NCBI GenBank assembly: GCA_030688545.1
Contig: JAUYHT010000002.1
Span: forward strand, 135,891-199,890
DNA length: 64,000 bases
From: Candidatus Iainarchaeum sp.
Lineage (GTDB): Archaea > Iainarchaeota > Iainarchaeia > Iainarchaeales > VGJJ01
Direction of reading: 5' to 3'
Below the pieces are notes generated by a model, which searched no databases, had not been told where the DNA came from, and saw only the letters and a program-made list of their open reading frames with translations. How positions within the stretch are numbered: the stretch's first letter is position 1; each line of letters begins with the position of its first letter. Position numbers and translations under genes: made by a program. Positions 1-8,384 of this stretch are shown here, in pieces.

Positions 1-1209
1 CTCCCTATCAAAGGAGGTGAAATGATGCGCATGCGCGGTGAGGATTCCCGTCATAACTTCCTGGAAACCCATTCCAACGAGGGCCAACCGGATATCGGCA
101 TTCAATTGGGTTTGGGGAAGAATGCCCCCGCGGGTGGACAATGCCACTTCCATGGGGGAAAGGTTATCGAAACCATAGGCGCGGGCCACATCATCTACTA
201 AATCCAAGGGGTGCAACACATCCACGCGGAAGGAAGGAACTTCCACTACCACCTGCTTAGGATTCATTTTAGGCACGCCATACAACATGCGCCCCAACAA
301 TTGGGACACTTGCTCAGAAGTGAAAGACGTTCCTAATGTCCTATTGACCACATCGATTTCCAATGGAACGAGGCGCGTGGCCAGCTCCGGGGTCACGCGA
401 GGCTGTTGTTCATTGAAAAAATGAATCTGAACCTCATGGATGTCGCCTTTCATGTCCGTGAATAGGTGCGCCAAAATATCGAGTATAACGCTTACGGTGG
501 GCCAATAGTGGCCAGACACTTCCACGAACAAATCGCGATCTTCCGGAGTAACCTGCCCCGCGTGCTGGGAATTGATAATGGGGGGCATGGAAAGGATTTT
601 TCCCTTGGCATCCCTGAACACTGGATATACGGGAAAATCCTTCAAGAGGTGCGCATATTTTTTCCCGGTAGGATGATTGACAAGGATGTCAGATCCGCGT
701 TGCGATTTCTCTTCCCCCAAGGGAGCGAAAAGAATATCGTGAGGGGGCAATCCCACGAAAGAAATGGGCCAGGCTATCTTTCTTAATGGATAAATTCCAA
801 TAGCCGCCTTCTTGCGCTCGCGGGCAAAGGTGGCATGAATCTTCTCCTGCACCCAAATCAATTCTTCCAACCGTTCGGGGGTCAAAGGGAGGTTCCGCAC
901 GACCATGGCAGCGGTAAATGGACGCACGGGGTGCACCGATTTTTCTACTAATACGCGGTAATCAGATGGTTTCTTTTCGATTGGTGGAAGCCCTTTTGTG
1001 TACCCCAAATAAGCATTCAGCACGCGCGCGATGCCAGCCGTGGATATCATGTCGGGGCGGTCCGCCGTGATGTCCATCTTCATCCATTTTGGATTGTTTT
1101 CAGTGAGTTCGAATCCCAAACGGGACAAGGCTTCCTCTAATTGGTCAAGGGTAATGGGCTTCCGCATGTACGCGTTGATTTGATCCAGGGAAGAATCAAC
1201 ATTAACCAT
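1..1209 (-). CDS. pheT: Phenylalanyl-tRNA synthetase beta subunit (archaeal type). The N-terminal part lies in the window; the gene runs off the 5' edge.
   Basis: The reverse-strand translation starting at ATG 1207-1209 reads MVNVDSSLDQINAYMRKPITLDQLEEALSRLGFELTEN...PKWMKMDITADRPDMISTAGIARVLNAYLGY..., the archaeal PheT N-terminal and B3/B4-type region. The start overlaps the pheS stop in ATGGTTAATG. It is absent from the ORF track because its stop is outside the window. Confidence 0.8.
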   Translation of the reverse strand, partial: MVNVDSSLDQINAYMRKPITLDQLEEALSRLGFELTENNPKWMKMDITADRPDMISTAGIARVLNAYLGYTKGLPPIEKKPSDYRVLVEKSVHPVRPFTAAMVVRNLPLTPERLEELIWVQEKIHATFARERKKAAIGIYPLRKIAWPISFVGLPPHDILFAPLGEEKSQRGSDILVNHPTGKKYAHLLKDFPVYPVFRDAKGKILSMPPIINSQHAGQVTPEDRDLFVEVSGHYWPTVSVILDILAHLFTDMKGDIHEVQIHFFNEQQPRVTPELATRLVPLEIDVVNRTLGTSFTSEQVSQLLGRMLYGVPKMNPKQVVVEVPSFRVDVLHPLDLVDDVARAYGFDNLSPMEVALSTRGGILPQTQLNADIRLALVGMGFQEVMTGILTAHAHHFTSFDRE

Positions 1210-2776
1210 CCATTTTACCTCCCGGGATGGTGTGACGAGTGATAGGATAGTGGCGGATGTAATCCAGATCCACCTCCGGGCCCAATATTTCCTTGAGAGT
1301 AGCCTTTTCATGGATGAATAACGCGGCGCGTTCCAGACCAAACCCCCACGAGATAACAGGAACATGGATCCCCAAAGGCGCCAATGTCTCGGGACGGAAT
1401 ATTCCCGAATTGATTAACTCCACCCATATCTTGAGACGGGGGTGAAAGGCTAAGGCCTCCATGCTGGGTTCAGTATAGGGATTGTAGGTGGGGCGAAATT
1501 TTATTCGGGTGAGGCCCAACTTGGCATAGAATTCCTTGATAACCCCCATGAGATGACGCAAGGTCAAATTCTCCCCCATGACGAGACCATCAACCTGATA
1601 GAATTCCGCCAAATGAGTGGGGTCAATGGCCTCGTTCCTGAAAACGCGTCCGATGGAAAACGTTTTGGAAGGAATGGGAAGGTTTGTTGCCAGCGTACGA
1701 AAGGTGGTCGCGCTCCCATGCGTGCGCAGGAGCAGCTGCATGGCGATGCGGGGGTCCCATTCATAGCCGAAGCCGGTGGAACCCGTTTTCCCTCCGTGTT
1801 CATGCATAGCCTTCACCCGCTTCACGAGTTGAGCGTCGGGCAACACCGCTCTCCCGGAGGGAAGGTAGAATGTATCCTGTATCTCCCGCGCGGGATGATC
1901 CTGGGGGATGAACATGACATCCATATTCCAGAAAGCGCTCTCCACAAGCGGGCTTTCTTGTTCCTGGAAACCCAATTCCACCATGATTTTTTGCACGTCA
2001 TAAATGACTGAGCGGAGGGGGTGAATGCGGCCTACTTGTTTTTCATCCACCCCGGCCTTGACATCATATGGTTTGAATGACCCTTTTTTCCAATCGCCAC
2101 TCATTAGGATGGAGGGGGTGAGGGGACCTATTTGTTTGGATGACGAAATTCTTTTTTGGGCCAGCGCCTTTTTCCCATCGGGGGTAAGCCGCGCCAACTC
2201 ATTGGTGGTGGTTTTAGGGAGGATGAGACCGCGGGCCTGAAGCTCTGCAACAATGGGAGAATCACGCGGAGGAAATTCGTCCCGCGCGAGGGCTTGGAGC
2301 ATCATCCACACGGGTGAATTGGCGATGGATTTCTTTCCCAAATGGGTTAATGCCACCATGGTCTGTTCCCCATCCCCTTTCACCTCAATCCACTGAGAAC
2401 GTTTGGCCAGGCCGAAGGCCGCGGTAAACTCTTGAGTGGTCCCATCGAATGTATTTCGCAGGTCATCCAAGGAAAGGGGTTTGGGATCAAGAATAGTGCC
2501 TAATCGCTGTTCCGGAAGGCTATTTTTTTCCAAAGCCGCTAAACCAGTGGGAGAAAGTATCCAATGGATGACCTTTTCCCTCGTCACACGCGCTAATCCT
2601 TGGGATTCGAGCTCTCCGAGCACACGGCGAATGGCATCCGCGGACATCCCCGTACTCTCAACGAGATGATGGATGTGTACATCCCGATCCAACTCCAACG
2701 CGCTGAGCACCCGGTGCAGGGAAAGGTCCATAGGAATGGAAATAGCCCCAAGGCGTTTAAAACTCCCCTCCTCCAC
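1202..2776 (-). CDS. pheS: Phenylalanyl-tRNA synthetase alpha subunit (archaeal/eukaryal type, with N-terminal winged-helix domains).
   Basis: The 524-aa protein has a class II catalytic core at its C-terminus (FRPTYNPYTEPSMEALAFHP...ISWGFGLERAALF) and N-terminal DNA-binding-like repeats typical of archaeal PheS. Confidence 0.9.
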   Translation of the reverse strand: MEEGSFKRLGAISIPMDLSLHRVLSALELDRDVHIHHLVESTGMSADAIRRVLGELESQGLARVTREKVIHWILSPTGLAALEKNSLPEQRLGTILDPKPLSLDDLRNTFDGTTQEFTAAFGLAKRSQWIEVKGDGEQTMVALTHLGKKSIANSPVWMMLQALARDEFPPRDSPIVAELQARGLILPKTTTNELARLTPDGKKALAQKRISSSKQIGPLTPSILMSGDWKKGSFKPYDVKAGVDEKQVGRIHPLRSVIYDVQKIMVELGFQEQESPLVESAFWNMDVMFIPQDHPAREIQDTFYLPSGRAVLPDAQLVKRVKAMHEHGGKTGSTGFGYEWDPRIAMQLLLRTHGSATTFRTLATNLPIPSKTFSIGRVFRNEAIDPTHLAEFYQVDGLVMGENLTLRHLMGVIKEFYAKLGLTRIKFRPTYNPYTEPSMEALAFHPRLKIWVELINSGIFRPETLAPLGIHVPVISWGFGLERAALFIHEKATLKEILGPEVDLDYIRHYPITRHTIPGGKMDG

Positions 2777-2807
2777 CCCGTTTGAGGGAGACTCGTGCGC
2801 CCCAAAG

Positions 2808-2820
2808 TTAACTATAATCA
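2808..2820 (-). promoter_or_regulatory. TATA-like element (TGATTATAGTTAA on the minus strand) about 32-44 nt upstream of the pheS ATG.
   Basis: An AT-rich TATA-like octamer sits at the expected distance for an archaeal promoter with a short leader. This is a positional guess only. Confidence 0.25.
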
Positions 2821-2913
2821 GGACCTTTATTCATGCGGGGAACGATTATTTTTAGCCGCATAAAATCTCCTCCAATGGTACTATTTGGGAAGGGGACCAG
2901 ATGAATAATCCTA

Positions 2914-3657
2914 TCACCCCAACGCGAGCAACACTACCATGATCCCCACTCCCAGAAGGAAAAATCCCAATTGGACCAGGGAAACATTCCATTTCACTTC
3001 TTTATGCAATTCAGGAATCAAATCGCTCCCCGCGATATAGAGAAAGTTTCCTGCGGCAAAGGGCACCAGCCAAACGGATAATCCTTCCGCGATTGCTCCT
3101 AATCCAAAAACCAGAAAGACCCCAAACAAGGACGTGAGAGCGGTGAAGAGATTTATCTTCAATGCCTCATTAACCTTGAATCCCCCGTGGAGAAGAATGC
3201 CGAAATCCCCGATCTCCTGGGGAATCTCATGCAGGGCCACCGCGATGGTCGTGGCGATGCCAGCGGGAATACTAATCAAATACGCCGCGGCAATGATTAT
3301 GCCATCAAGGAAATTGTGGAAAGCATCCCCCACTAAATTGACCCACACAAACGGATGCTTATGATCTTCATGGGGGTAGTGGCAATGGCGCCAATGAATC
3401 ACTTTTTCGATGATGAACATGACCACGATCCCCGCAAGGACGGTCAATGACACCTCAATCCCAAACCCTAATTCTTCCACACTCTCCGGGAGCAGGTGAA
3501 TAAATACATCCCCAAATAAGGCGCCGGCCGCAAATGCCACGAGAAAAACCAGATGGCTCCGCAGCCGCTTTTGATTCAGGGACAACGTAAAAATTCCAAT
3601 GAGGGAAATCAAACTCACCGCAATAACAGAAAGAAAAGCATATTCCAATGCCGCCAT
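2914..3657 (-). CDS. ZIP family metal (Zn/Fe) transporter.
   Basis: It carries the HEIPQEIGDFGILL signature of the ZIP/ZupT family and multiple transmembrane helices. Confidence 0.85.
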   Translation of the reverse strand: MAALEYAFLSVIAVSLISLIGIFTLSLNQKRLRSHLVFLVAFAAGALFGDVFIHLLPESVEELGFGIEVSLTVLAGIVVMFIIEKVIHWRHCHYPHEDHKHPFVWVNLVGDAFHNFLDGIIIAAAYLISIPAGIATTIAVALHEIPQEIGDFGILLHGGFKVNEALKINLFTALTSLFGVFLVFGLGAIAEGLSVWLVPFAAGNFLYIAGSDLIPELHKEVKWNVSLVQLGFFLLGVGIMVVLLALG

Positions 3658-3797
3658 AAATGCGCCTCCAACCCAGCGATAATCCGTAATACACCTTTAT
3701 AATAGGAATGAGCCCCCGATGATATAGCAGGCTGCATTGGCGTTTTCTTCCAGGACACCCCTAAGCGGCTTGCTAGGGAAGAATGGTGTTGGCCAGA

Positions 3798-3871
3798 TTT
3801 TTTGATCAACCTTTTTTCCCAAAAAAAAGGACGGAAGAGGTTTTTGATCAACCTTTTTCCCAAAAAGGTTG
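3798..3871. repeat. Two tandem AT-rich palindromic elements: TTTTTGATCAAC followed by a CTTTTT-CCC-AAAAAGG hairpin.
   Basis: Copy 1 is at 3798-3830. Copy 2 is at 3841-3871 and contains the perfect palindrome CAACCTTTTT-CCC-AAAAAGGTTG. The same family recurs at 16110-16270 and 34187-34210. Confidence 0.5.
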
Positions 3872-3950
3872 CGGGGTTGGCAGAGTGGTCGGCCAGTTTC
3901 GACTGGCCACTGCGAAAAAGGGCACCCATTTTAACAAACGGGTGCCCAGT
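3871..3950 (+). other. tRNA-Ser 5'-end duplicate (20 nt identical to the downstream tRNA) followed by two stable hairpins. Candidate pseudo-tRNA, split-tRNA 5' half, or other small RNA.
   Basis: GCGGGGTTGGCAGAGTGGTC at 3871-3890 is identical to 3973-3992. It is followed by the hairpin GGCCAGT-TTCG-ACTGGCC, then CTGC (which can pair with GCAG to give a D-stem), and then the hairpin GGGCACCC-(12 nt)-GGGTGCCC. There is no T-arm and no 3' acceptor strand. Confidence 0.4.
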
Positions 3951-3972
3951 CCATCCAAAGAAAATAAAGGAA

Positions 3973-4056
3973 GCGGGGTTGGCAGAGTGGTCTATAGCGG
4001 CAGCCTGCTAAGCTGTTCCGGGAAACCGGGCGAGGGTTCGAATCCCTCACCCCGCG
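3973..4056 (+). tRNA. tRNA-Ser (anticodon GCU), class II with a long variable arm.
   Basis: Acceptor stem GCGGGGT/ACCCCGC, discriminator G. Anticodon stem GCAGC/GCUGU with loop CUGCUAA. Variable-arm hairpin CCGG-GAAA-CCGG. T-arm GAGGG-TTCGAAT-CCCTC. The D-arm pairing is poor (GCA versus GCG) and there is one extra nucleotide in the D region, which could mean an unusual structure or a mis-parse. Confidence 0.65.
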
Positions 4057-4154
4057 TCACTATTTTATTTGAGTCGAGTTCTTTAGTGAATGAGTTTTCC
4101 TCACTCCTCCACCATCGAGTTTCTTCGTTACCCTTTTTTTGAAAGAATAATTGG

Positions 4155-4748
4155 CTAATCGACAACCAGAGGAAAGAGCTCCCTTTCTTTTTGAGAAATT
4201 CGTTGAGCAAGATCCTCAAACAATTCTTCCACCAAGGGATGCTGATTAATCTTTCCTCTTTTGGATTCTTTAACCATTTCAAATGTTATCCCGCGCTTCT
4301 TCCAGGTGCGGCCATCATCAAGGAAATTGTTAATCGTTGGGAGAATTTTATCCAAAGCATGGACGAAACGGGATTCCTTATCCAGTTTGGATTCATAGGC
4401 CGCGATCGTCGCATGCAAATCCCCAAACTCGGGGAATTCCGATTGTAATCGAATCGCGGCCAGGCGCTCATTCTCTTTCTTCATTGATTTATCTTTGGCG
4501 AACGTGTCGATGTCACCCGCATACACTTCGACGAGATCATGGACTAAGGCATACCGAATAACCTTATCGAGATCTAAATCCAAATGGTGGGATTGAACTA
4601 AGTACCATGCCACGAGAGTCAATTGGTACTGGTGCTCACAATCGTTCTCCAATTGGTCCTCACCTTTAACATATATGGCCCGCTTCACTTGCCGGAGCTG
4701 ATGGGTCATGCTCACAAAGCGCAGGAGGGGATCCAAATGGGGCATCAC
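4155..4748 (-). CDS. HD-domain phosphohydrolase (YfbR-like 5'-deoxynucleotidase family).
   Basis: It carries the H...HDLVEVYAGD metal-binding motif of the HD superfamily. Confidence 0.7.
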   Translation of the reverse strand: MMPHLDPLLRFVSMTHQLRQVKRAIYVKGEDQLENDCEHQYQLTLVAWYLVQSHHLDLDLDKVIRYALVHDLVEVYAGDIDTFAKDKSMKKENERLAAIRLQSEFPEFGDLHATIAAYESKLDKESRFVHALDKILPTINNFLDDGRTWKKRGITFEMVKESKRGKINQHPLVEELFEDLAQRISQKERELFPLVVD

Positions 4749-4788
4749 CCGGATAGGATAACGGGAATAATAACCATTTGCCCACTTC

Positions 4789-5412
4789 TTACACTACTAT
4801 GAGGGCTTCTCCATCCCGGAGGGCTTTGAACAGGATCTTTTTCTCAATCAGGTAGGAGATGGCCTTGTCCGCCAATTCCGTCTCTGGATGGGGAGATTTG
4901 TAATGAGGGACGATAGTATAGTCCAGTAGTCCCAATCCCTTCCAGATTATTTTGGATGGCTTGCCATACGGCTTTTGGGATAGGTCGTCCATGATATGAA
5001 TGCCTTTCAATGAAGGGCCTAAAACACAGATGCCAGCGCTGAATCCGCTGTAAACCACATCCGCTTTTTCCCGGTGCATTTTTTTTACTAATACATCAAA
5101 CCCGCTTTTGTGCATGGCTTGGCGAAGCACGAAAGCGTTGCCTCCTCGCACCCAAAAAACGCCAAATTCCGAACATTTTTTTTCGAGTTTTTTGGGTTTA
5201 GAAAAATAATCACGCAAATCCAGAATTTCCACTTTTAACCCTAATTCAGTGAGTGGAAGGATATCTGATTGAATGCTTTTCTTCCGGCGCGCGAGGTCGG
5301 ATGAAAAATCCAAGGCGTTTGGAATATAGGCCGTTTTCCTGTTTTTGGGAAATAATCGTTTGAATGCGGCGGTTTCCTTCCCAATCTTGTAGGAGGATAG
5401 GTAGAAGCGCAT
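4789..5412 (-). CDS. Peptidase S51 (dipeptidase E / cyanophycinase-like; class I glutamine amidotransferase-like fold).
   Basis: The 207-aa protein has a YSGFSAGICVLGP nucleophile region typical of PepE-family proteins. Confidence 0.65.
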   Translation of the reverse strand: MRFYLSSYKIGKETAAFKRLFPKNRKTAYIPNALDFSSDLARRKKSIQSDILPLTELGLKVEILDLRDYFSKPKKLEKKCSEFGVFWVRGGNAFVLRQAMHKSGFDVLVKKMHREKADVVYSGFSAGICVLGPSLKGIHIMDDLSQKPYGKPSKIIWKGLGLLDYTIVPHYKSPHPETELADKAISYLIEKKILFKALRDGEALIVV

Positions 5413-5472
5413 GCATTTAGGGTTGGGTGGGAGAATTTATAGGTTCCTCCCGGATTCAGGAAGGGATGGCAA

Positions 5473-5928
5473 TCAGGGTAACACGAAGGATTGGAAGGCT
5501 TCCCCCAATCGCTGAGCAATTTCTTCGGGGGATTTCCCTTCGATTTCGGACCGGGGCATGGTGAACACGCATTTTTTTCTATCCATGAGGAAGATGCTGG
5601 GAGAAGACGGAGGGGATGGTGTCACATACTCCCGGAAGCGTTGGGTCGCCTCATTGTCCACCCCGGCGAAAACGGTGGCTCGAACGGAGGGAAATTTTTG
5701 GTTTTGAGTGGCTAAAACGATTCCCGGGCGCGCGCTCCCCGCGGCACACCCGCATACCGAATTAACGACAACTAACTTGGTGCCGGGAGTTGCGAGGAAG
5801 GAATCCACTTCCTCCTTGGAATGCAACAGGGTGAAACCCGCATCGGCGAGCTCCTGCTGCATGGGCGCGGTCATCTCGGCGGGGTAACGGCTCTGGGCGA
5901 GGGGGATCATAAGAAGAATGGGTGACAA
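5473..5928 (-). CDS. Bacilliredoxin-like thiol-disulfide oxidoreductase (BrxA/BrxB, DUF1094).
   Basis: It carries the NSVCGCAAGSARP CGC redox motif characteristic of the YphP/YqiW family. Confidence 0.6.
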   Translation of the reverse strand: MSPILLMIPLAQSRYPAEMTAPMQQELADAGFTLLHSKEEVDSFLATPGTKLVVVNSVCGCAAGSARPGIVLATQNQKFPSVRATVFAGVDNEATQRFREYVTPSPPSSPSIFLMDRKKCVFTMPRSEIEGKSPEEIAQRLGEAFQSFVLP

Positions 5929-5959
5929 AACCTATATTAAATGCCCTGGAAAAAAAAAG

Positions 5960-6451
5960 TCACCGAGAAAGGGAACTTTTGAGGGCAGAAATGGATTCGC
6001 GCACCTCCTTTAGGTTGGAGGCCTTTTTCATGTATTTCTTGGCATATCGCATGATTGGCATGATAGATTCTATTTTCCGTCCAAACTTCTTTTCCATCCA
6101 CACATACCGGGGAAACAACCACACGTGAAAATGGCTGCTACTCGTATCTTCCTCAAGGATCATGTGGACGAATTCCACCCCCAATGTTTTTCGCATTGCC
6201 TTGCGTGTACGGGAAACGAACTCGATAAAATCCATACGCTCGTTTTTCGTCATGTCATCAATCCCATAAAAGTGACGTTTGGATACAATGATCACAAATC
6301 CAGGAATGGGATATTCGAAATCCTGCTCCGCCCGGAAATGAACAGAGGAGACTATGGTTCCCCCGATAGGAGTTGCGGAACCTTTTTGGATGGCACATGC
6401 GATGCAAGAGATGGAGTGGGTTTTCCCTTGTAAATCTACAATTCTTGCCAC
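5960..6451 (-). CDS. HIT (histidine triad) family hydrolase.
   Basis: It carries the HFHVWLFPR histidine-triad motif. Confidence 0.8.
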   Translation of the reverse strand: MARIVDLQGKTHSISCIACAIQKGSATPIGGTIVSSVHFRAEQDFEYPIPGFVIIVSKRHFYGIDDMTKNERMDFIEFVSRTRKAMRKTLGVEFVHMILEEDTSSSHFHVWLFPRYVWMEKKFGRKIESIMPIMRYAKKYMKKASNLKEVRESISALKSSLSR

Positions 6452-6457
6452 CCCAAA

Positions 6458-6652
6458 TCACTCCCGCAAAAGACTTGGGCAGCACCGGCTCAACACTTTC
6501 TTCTTTTCCTCGGAGTTGAAATGGGGCCAATTCAATATTTCCTCGAGCGTGCGGCCGCACCCCGTGCAATTGGATTCCTCATCCAGGGTACACACATTGG
6601 TGCATGGGGAAGGTATGTCCTGTTCCATAAAATTCGCCCCTACAGACTCCAC
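6458..6652 (-). CDS. DUF1289-like small Cys-rich (putative Fe-S/Zn) protein.
   Basis: The pattern PCTNVCTLDEESNCTGCGRTLEEILNWPHFNSEEKKKVL matches the DUF1289 family. Confidence 0.5.
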   Translation of the reverse strand: MESVGANFMEQDIPSPCTNVCTLDEESNCTGCGRTLEEILNWPHFNSEEKKKVLSRCCPSLLRE

Positions 6653-7179
6653 TTTATTTCAGTGTCATGGTGCAGGAGGAGGTAGACGAAGAATATCCAC
6701 GTGAGGAGTAATGGAACTAATAGAATAGAGAAAGTCGGCCCAACCAAGGTTAGTTGATTGTCTAACATGATATCTCCGGGAACGAAAAGAGTGGTGGCAG
6801 TAGCCGCGTGCGCGGGGGTGGGAATGTTGGCCCAATTCAGGAATTGGACAATGGGAAAAACGGGAGAAAACGTGGTCACGATGACGATTAATGATAACAC
6901 GAGAATAGACCATGAAAAAGGACTCCGCTTCACATACACGTTTCCCAAGCCCGGGATGACAATGTTGGAGAAGAGAGCGACGAGGAAAGAGATGCGGGGT
7001 TTCTTGTTTATGTCTTTTTCTTTTGAAATTGGACGGGGATGAACTACTTTTTCTCCCCGCTGGAGGGGCATGATCTTGGAGCGAATCCCTTTATCCATGG
7101 CGTGGATATCGAAACTTTCCGGATCAAATGTTTGGATGGGGGTCTTGCGCCTGGAGACGGAGTTCTTGGGAGGGGGCAT
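6640..7179 (-). CDS. Hypothetical integral membrane protein.
   Basis: The 179-aa protein has several hydrophobic helices. No family was recognised. Confidence 0.4.
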   Translation of the reverse strand: MPPPKNSVSRRKTPIQTFDPESFDIHAMDKGIRSKIMPLQRGEKVVHPRPISKEKDINKKPRISFLVALFSNIVIPGLGNVYVKRSPFSWSILVLSLIVIVTTFSPVFPIVQFLNWANIPTPAHAATATTLFVPGDIMLDNQLTLVGPTFSILLVPLLLTWIFFVYLLLHHDTEIKWSL

Positions 7180-7350
7180 GGTACAGAAGGGAATTCCGGG
7201 CTATTTAAAACTGGGCATGAAGGGAAAATAAAGCTAGAAAAAAATAGAGTATTGTGACGGTTCGAAAAATGTGAAACGCATAACGCGTCGGGAAAACAAC
7301 TCCTCGTCCCGCAAAGCGTCGCTCAAACTCCTAAAATTAGGTTACGAGTT

Positions 7351-7515
7351 CTACTGCATGTTTGCTTTCTGCTCCATATAGCAATCGCGGCAGAACACCG
7401 GTCTTCCCTGCCGAGGCTGGAAAGGCACTTGCGTCTCTTTTCCGCATTTGCTACAGGTGGCATCAAACATCTGGCGGGGACCTCGATCGAAGCCACCGCG
7501 TTCTTGGAACGCCAT
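7351..7515 (-). CDS. Small zinc-ribbon protein (54 aa, CxxC...CxxC).
   Basis: MAFQERGGFDRGPRQMFDATCSKCGKETQVPFQPRQGRPVFCRDCYMEQKANMQ. It is below the ORF-track length cutoff. The two Cys pairs form a zinc-ribbon. Confidence 0.5.
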   Translation of the reverse strand: MAFQERGGFDRGPRQMFDATCSKCGKETQVPFQPRQGRPVFCRDCYMEQKANMQ

Positions 7516-7685
7516 CCGTTGTTTTCTCCTTTTTCTCTATATACCGGAATCCCTCATTAATGGGAACCCGATACATCAAATGCCCTCCAAGGCATTATAA
7601 ACCCGAGTATGGGAGGCCGCCATAAAGCCCAAGCCCATTTTAATGGCCCTGCAGCCTTAAATAGAGCCCTTGATGTATATTTGCC

Positions 7686-7901
7686 ATGAAACCCGCCCTT
7701 TTCCTATTGGGAGTCCTGGCCCTCATTCTGCTACTTCCATCAACGTCGGCGAGTGACATCCAATACCCCATTGTTGGGGAATGTGCCGAAGACCAATATC
7801 CCATTGTGGGAGAATGCCCGGATGAAACACCACCCAAATTGGGACCCTCGTATTACCTCCAGCCCGAGTTTTATCTCCCATCAAAATTGAGAGAAACATG
7901 A
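7686..7901 (+). CDS. Small secreted protein/peptide with tandem QYPIVGEC motifs.
   Basis: It has a signal peptide (MKPALFLLGVLALILLLPSTSAS) followed by two DxQYPIVGEC(A/P)(E/D) repeats. Confidence 0.35.
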   Translation: MKPALFLLGVLALILLLPSTSASDIQYPIVGECAEDQYPIVGECPDETPPKLGPSYYLQPEFYLPSKLRET

Positions 7902-8065
7902 CATTCTATGTTTTAGGGAATTGAACCCCATTTTGCAGGGTGGACAAAAATCAAGAAAGCCTGGGGGATTCAGAACCAACCTTTTAGGAAAAGGTTGGCG
8001 AAAAGGCGTCTGGGGTACTGCAGTGGCAGTACCCCTAAGAGCGGGATCGAGGAACAAGACCTCGA

Positions 8066-8149
8066 TGCACGGGAGAGGATTCGAACCTCTGAAGGCACTA
8101 AGCCACCAGATCTTGAGTCTGGCCCCTTTGACCGCTTGGGTACCCGTGC
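8066..8149 (-). tRNA. tRNA-Leu (anticodon CAA).
   Basis: The reverse complement GCACGGGTACCCAAGCGGTCAAAGGGGCCAGACTCAAGATCTGGTGGCTTAGTGCCTTCAGAGGTTCGAATCCTCTCCCGTGC+A has perfect acceptor, anticodon and T stems, anticodon loop CUCAAGA, a long variable arm and discriminator A. Confidence 0.85.
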
Positions 8150-8384
8150 AACTGTATTTTCATGATGGGTCCATGGGGGTTACATACCCTTGGTACCCTT
8201 CACCATTCAAGATCGGGGAAGGGTTAAAAAGAATGGTCAGGGGAGGCCCAGGGCATTCCGAGCCAGGAGGAGGGCAAGGGCAAATACGAGGATGGTTCCT
8301 AGGGCGAGGTGGATGGTTTGTTGGGGGGTTATCCAGGGACGCATCCAGGGCATGCGAATGGGAAACGAAAGGGGATTATAATCC

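Noticed and set aside
466-786. 106-aa plus-strand ORF.
   Set aside because: It lies antisense inside the well-supported pheT coding region and has no recognisable features.
3871-4056. Integrated mobile element at a tRNA gene (the tRNA 5' end is duplicated).
   Set aside because: Only about 100 nt separate the two copies, and no integrase, transposase or phage-like genes are nearby. The duplicated part is the 5' end rather than the 3' end usual for att sites. It is kept as a pseudo-tRNA or split-tRNA candidate instead.
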